From an uncultured Gemmatimonadaceae bacterium (GTDB lineage Bacteria > Gemmatimonadota > Gemmatimonadetes > Gemmatimonadales > Gemmatimonadaceae), in contig CAWBOC010000005.1 in the NCBI GenBank assembly GCA_963790305.1, positions 448,001 to 512,000 on the forward strand: DNA of 64,000 nt, given 5' to 3'. Both the position numbers and the translations under genes were made by a program. Within the stretch, counting starts at the first letter, position 1. Each line of letters opens with the position of its first letter. The notes beneath the pieces are model-generated. The model was not told the DNA's origin. It did not search any database and worked only from the letters and a program-made list of their open reading frames with translations. Positions 58,541 through 64,000 of the stretch are shown piece after piece.

Positions 58541-59837
58541 GTGCGCGCTCTCAAGACCACCGGACTCATTACCGCCGGCGTTCTGCTGTCTCGGGTTCTC
58601 GTGCGTGGGGGTGCTCTATCTCACCCGTGGCACGCCCGTAAAATCGGTCAGAACGTTCGGCAAGGCCCCGCCTCCCGGCGTCATCGATCCCCTCTTTCGT
58701 CGCACCATCGAGCTGCTCGCCGGCATGACGATGCAGGATGGAAACGATGTCGAAGTGCTCTTCAACGGCGATCAGACGTACCCGCGACTGTGGGCCGATC
58801 TCAAATCGGCGCGCCAGACGATCACGCTGCAGATGTACTACGGCAATCCGGGAAAGGTGGCGGATACGGTCAAGAACATTCTGATCGAGCGAGCGCGAGC
58901 GGGCGTGCGCGTGCTCTTTCTGCATGACGCGATCGGCTCGCAGAATCTGAAGAAAGAGTGGCGGGATAGTCTGAGCGCAGCGGGAGTGCAGGTGGCGGTA
59001 TTCCGGCCGCCACGCTGGTATCAGCTCGACAAGGCCGGACACCGCTCACACATTCGCGTTGTCGTCATCGACGGCCACATCGGCTACACCGGCGGCTTCG
59101 GCATCGATGACAAATGGCTCGGCGACGGCCGAACCAACGGAAGCTGGCGCGATACCAACGTTCGCTTCCTGGGTCCCGCCGTCATGCAGCTTCAGGCCGC
59201 GTTCGCCGCCGGCTGGGCGGAAGCGACCGGAGAGCTGATCACGGGGCAGCTGTTCTTTCCGATCGAGGAATTCCGGAGTGACGGCGACGACTTCGGTGCC
59301 TTGCTGCACATGGCGCCAACGATCGGCAGCACGCCCGCCGAGCGCTTTCTGGCGCTCTCGATCGAGGGGGCGCGGCGGACGATGTACATCTCGAACTCGT
59401 ACTTCGTGCCTGACGATGACTTTCGCCGTATGCTCGTGGCGGCTGCCCAGCGCGGTGTCGATGTGCGCATCCTGACCGCAAGCGACAAGACCGACATCAA
59501 GACCACGTGGTATGCCGGCCGGAAGCGGTACGAAGAGCTGCTGGAAGGGGGCGTCCGCGTGTACGAGTACGCGCCGACGATGATGCACGCGAAGACGTTC
59601 GTGATCGATGGGGTCTGGAGCACGGTCGGCACGATGAACTTCGACAACCGGTCGCTCGCCTACAACGATGAGTCGAACCTCGTCGCCTTCGATCGACGGG
59701 TCGGTGCCACGATGGACTCGATCTTCCTCGAGGACATCAAGCACTCGACCGAGATCAAGCTCGAGACGTTCCGCCGTCGCCCCTGGCATCAGAAGGTCTT
59801 CGAGAGGGGCGCGAACATCCTGTCGCGTCTCCTGTGA
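58541..59837 (+). CDS. cls: Cardiolipin synthase / PLD family (probable frameshift near 58588)
   Basis: 'HIRVVVIDG', 'WRDTN', 'YFVPD', 'MHAKTFVIDG', 'GTMNFDNRS'. Confidence 0.85.
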
Positions 59838-62800
59838 CCCGGTTCTCGTTTCAGGCGGACCACGCGCGTGTGAGCGCCCGAGGCGCATCGGCGGCGCTGC
59901 GCACCTTTCATCCGCTGGTGCGGGCGTGGTTCACCGAGACGTTAGGCTCGCCGAGCGAGCCGCAGCGGCAGGGCTGGCCGGCAATCGCGAGTGGCGGTCA
60001 CACGCTCATTCTGGCGCCGACCGGCACCGGCAAGACGCTGGCCGCGTTCCTGTGGGAGCTCAACGCGCTGATCGTCGCGGGACTCGCCGCGCCGCTGCCG
60101 AATGCCATTCGCATCCTCTACGTCTCGCCGCTCAAGGCGCTCAATAACGACATCCAGCGGAATCTGGAGGCGCCGCTGACGGATCTCCGGCAGCGGTTCG
60201 AGCGCGCCGGTGAGGCGTTCCCCGAGATTCGTGTCGCGGTTCGCACGGGAGACACGCCCGCGTCCGCCCGGGCGCGCATGCTACGCAAGACGCCGCACAT
60301 CCTGATCACGACGCCGGAATCGCTCAACATCATGCTGACGAGCACGCGGGGTCGAGGGATGTTTTCCGACGTGCGCGTGGTGATCGTCGACGAGATTCAC
60401 GCGGTGGCGGGCACGAAGCGAGGCGTGCATCTCGCGCTGCAGCTCGAGCGGCTCGAGGCACTGACGGGCCGATCGCCACAGCGCATCGGGCTATCGGCGA
60501 CGGTGAGGCCGGTCGGTGAGATCGCCTGGTTTCTGGCTGGGGTGAGGAAGAGCAGGCGGCAACCTCGATGACCGGCCTGCCACCGTACAGGTGGTCGATT
60601 GTGGACTCGTCAAGCAGCTCGACATCGCCGTTCGCGCTCCTGTGCCCGACCTCGCCAACGTCGGGGGCAGCGTCTGGCCGAAGGTCATCCCACTCGTGCT
60701 CGAGCGGGTCCGTGAATCCCGAACGACGCTCGTCTTCGTCAACAATCGCGCGCAGGCGGAAAAGATCGCGGCGCGGCTGAATGCGCTCGCGGAGGAGGAG
60801 ATCGCGCAGCCGTATCACGGCTCGCTCGCCCGAGAGCGGCGACTGCGGCTCGAGATCGCACTCAAGGCCGGGGAGCTTAGGGCGCTCGTCGCGACGAGCT
60901 CGCTCGAGCTCGGCATCGACATTGGATCGGTCGACCTGGTCATCCAGCTCCAGTCGCCCAAGCGTGTCACGTCGGGACTCCAGCGCATTGGGCGCGCGGG
61001 ACACACGCTCGGCGAGACGAGCCGCGGTGTGCTCGTTCCGACGTTTCGCGATGACCTGGTCGAGATCGTGGCGATCGCCGAAGCGATGCGCGAAGGCGAC
61101 GTCGAGCCGACCATGGTGCCCCAGAACGCGCTCGACGTCCTCGCGCAAACCATCACGGCCATGGTCTCGGTGGACGATTGGCATGCGGACGATTTGTTCG
61201 CGCTCGTTCAACGCGCCTACCCGTACCATCGTCTGACCCGGGCGGCGTTCGATGAGGTCGTGTCGATGCTCGCCGGGAAGTATCCATCGGACCTCGCTGG
61301 CGAGCTGGAGGCGCGCATCACGTGGGACCGCGTGAATGGCGTGATCACCGGCTCGCGAGCAAGCCGGATGCTGGCGGTCATCTCGGGCGGAATGATTCCC
61401 GATCGAGGGCTCTATGCCGTCACGCTTCCTGATCGCACACGGCTCGGCGAGCTGGATGAGGAATTCGTGCACGAATCGCGCGTCGGCGACGTCTTTCAGC
61501 TCGGATCCTCGACCTGGCGGATCGCGACCATCGAGCACGACCGCGTCATCGTGCACCCAGCACCCGGTGCGCCAGCGCGGATGCCGTTCTGGCACGGCGA
61601 GTACGGCGCGCGCGCCGTAGGGATGGCGCGACGCGTCGGCGCCGTGCGACGGCTCGAGACCCAGCGAGCGGACTCATCGGGTACGTCGCACGTCTCAGTG
61701 GATGACGCATTGATGACGTCGCTCGAGCGCTACGTCGGCGAGCAGCGGGCGGCAACGGGGGCGGTGCCTGACGAGCGCACCATCGTCGTCGAATACTTCC
61801 GCGACGACCTCGGCGCGTGGCGCATCGTGCTGCATTCGATCTTTGGTGGCCGTGTGAACGCCCCGTGGGGCATGGCGCTCGCGCAGCGCCTGCGTGAAGC
61901 GCTCACCGCGAGCATGGCGGGACCGGCAGAGCCAGGCGTGACGCGGATCGACATTCAGGTACAGACCACCGATGACGGCATCATGCTGCGCCTGCCCGAT
62001 CTGGGCAGCGCTCCGCCTGTTGACCGGGTGTTGGGTCTCACCGCGGACGAAGCCCGCCGTCGGGTGATCGAGGAGGTGGGCACCACCTCGCTCTTCGGCG
62101 CGCGCTTTCGCATGAACGCGGCCCGGGCACTGTTGCTTCCTCGCGGAACCGCCCGACGGCGCATGCCGCTGTGGCTGCAGCGCCTCAAGGCAGCGGATCT
62201 TCTGGAGACGGTGCGTGCGTGGCCCGAATTTCCGATTCTGGTCGAGACCTATCGTGAAGTGCTCCGTGACGCCTTCGATCTCGAGGCGTTGCTCGACGTC
62301 CTCAAGGAAATCGCTGCGGGCCAGATCGCCGTACGCGTGGTGGAAACCGCGCAGCCGTCGCCGTTCGCGGCCAGCCTCCAGTTCGGGTTCGTGATGGATT
62401 GGCTCTATGGCGATGACACGCCGAGAGCCGAGCGGCGTGCGGCACTGTTGGCGGTCGATCGGGCGCTGCTCGACGATGTGATGCTGGTGGAAGGCGCCGA
62501 TGATGACCTGCGGAACGCCATCGAGGAGCTGCTGGCGATACGGCGTGGGACGGCGACAACCCGGCGTGCGCGGAGTGCCGATGAGCTGGCGCAGCTCATT
62601 GACCGCGCTGGCGATCTCACCGCGACCGAGGTGCGCGAGCGGATCGCCGAGCCGGCGACGTGGAAGCGTGGTGACCCACTCGATGAGTTGCTGGAAAGCG
62701 GGCGGGTCATCGCGATCCCGGTCGTAGCTCGTGGGGATCCGGAATGGCGGTTCATCCTCACCGAGGATTACCCGCGATACGCCGCGGCGCTCGGGGCGGA

Positions 62801-64000
62801 ATCGTTAGGCACCGTGCGAGGCCGCGCGGAGCTGCGCGAGCTGACCGCGGCGGCGGCAGTACCGGATGCACTGCGGACACCGGCGCTGGATCCGATCGCG
62901 GCGCGGCGAGAGGTCATGGCGCGGTTCCTCGCGCTATCGGGGCCAGTCACGGCTGGTGAGGTCGGCGCGCGCTATGGATGGGATGGAGGCTGGGTGGGAG
63001 CGCGACTGGCGGATTGGGAGCGTAGTGGCCGACTCGTGCGTGGCCGCTATCGACGCGAAGTGCGGGAGCCGGAATGGTGCTCGCGCCGCGTCGTGGAGCG
63101 CGCGCGCCTGCGCGCCCTGGCGGAGCTGCGGCGACAGATCGCGGCGGTGGAGATGCCGGCGTTCGCCGCGTTTCTCCAGCGGTGGCAGCACGTAGATCCA
63201 CGCCATCGCATGAGCGGATCGGACGGCGCGGAGCGCGCTCTCGCGCAGCTGCTCGGAATCGCCCGACCGCCCGATGCCTGGGAGCGGGACTACCTTCCCG
63301 CGCGTCTGGACCTCTACGAGCCGACGTGGCTGGCACAGCTCGGAGCATCCGGACGCTTCGTGTGGGCGGGAACGCCTCGCGTTGATCCGAGCGGCCGGGC
63401 GATCGCGCTGAATGCGCTCCGCTTCTTCGAGCGCGGCTCGGGGTCGCTATGGATGGCGCCGTCCTCGGACGAGCTCCCGTTGAGCGAGCAGGCGCGTGCG
63501 ACGCGCGCGGCGCTCGCGCAGCACGGCGCGTCGTTTCTCGCCGATTTGCAAGCGGTCACGGGCATCTCCATGCTCGCGCTGCGTGACGCACTGCGGGAGC
63601 TCGTCGCCGCGGGGGAAGTGACGAATGATGCGATCGAGGCGATGCGCGAGATCACACGAACGCGGCCATTGCCTAACCGCACGCGGCCCGGCGCAGCCGA
63701 TCCGGCGCGGTGGCTTCCGGTCGACTATGCGCCAAGTTCCGGACGGCGGGTGGTACAGCGTCGGATGTCGGTACGCCGGTTGCCGCGATGGCGCCGGCCC
63801 GATCGGAGTGGATCGGTGTCGGGATGGGTCGGCCGCTGGTCGCTCGTTCGCACGCCCGGAACCATGGGTCAGATGCCGTCGCCCGAGGAGCATGCGGCGG
63901 CGATCGCGCGCCAGTGGCTCGAGCGATATGGCATCGTCGCGCGCAACTGGTGGCGGCGTGAGCGTCCGCCAGTGCCGTGGCGCAGCATCTATCTCGAGCT
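59834..64000 (+). CDS. lhr: Lhr-family ATP-dependent helicase, 3'-partial (frameshift near 60550)
   Basis: 'APTGTGKT', 'SPLKAL.ND', 'TTPESL', 'DEIH', 'SAT', 'YHGSL', 'SSLELGID', 'QRIGRAGH', 'MPFWHGE'. Confidence 0.92.

Noticed and set aside
19524..60600. Frameshifts in at least 11 genes as pseudogenes or programmed frameshifting
   Set aside because: They are scattered across unrelated genes, both halves keep intact motifs, there are no premature in-frame stops and no shared slippery site. Long-read indel errors are the simplest explanation; read polishing would decide.
313..63677. GTTAGGC/GCCTAAC as integron attC core sites
   Set aside because: Sites are mostly isolated and inside housekeeping genes, not paired as RYYYAAC...GTTRRRY hairpins, and no integron integrase is present.

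Overview
High-GC chromosomal segment of about 60 genes. Gene content suggests Gemmatimonadota (inference only). At least 11 otherwise intact genes carry single-base frameshifts, which most likely reflects long-read assembly error. Recognisable content, in order: the tail of a lasso-peptide locus (B2 peptidase plus nucleotidyltransferase), ispG, a cold-shock gene, and a complete double-glycine peptide export cluster (two precursors, CPBP/Abi protein, HlyD, C39-ABC transporter). These are followed by an ArgR-controlled arg cluster with tandem ARG boxes, outer-membrane, peptidoglycan and hydrolase genes, NrtR, a Ku plus split-LigD NHEJ operon, a second cold-shock gene, SPFH/TolB/CtpA genes, a plasmid-type Rep, cls and a partial lhr. 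The most notable unexplained items are: (1) the anionic two-peptide cluster; (2) a membrane-anchored degenerate [FeFe]-hydrogenase-like domain divergent from a Crp/Fnr regulator; (3) a ZU5/HFS-type lipoprotein coupled to a TPR-HD-GYP protein; (4) a dispersed (C)GTTAGG motif that coincides with rare TTA codons and stop codons; (5) heptamer-built inverted repeats; (6) a Tat-lipoprotein/amidase pair. No rRNA, tRNA, CRISPR array or transposase was seen. All protein assignments come from visual motif recognition, not database searches.
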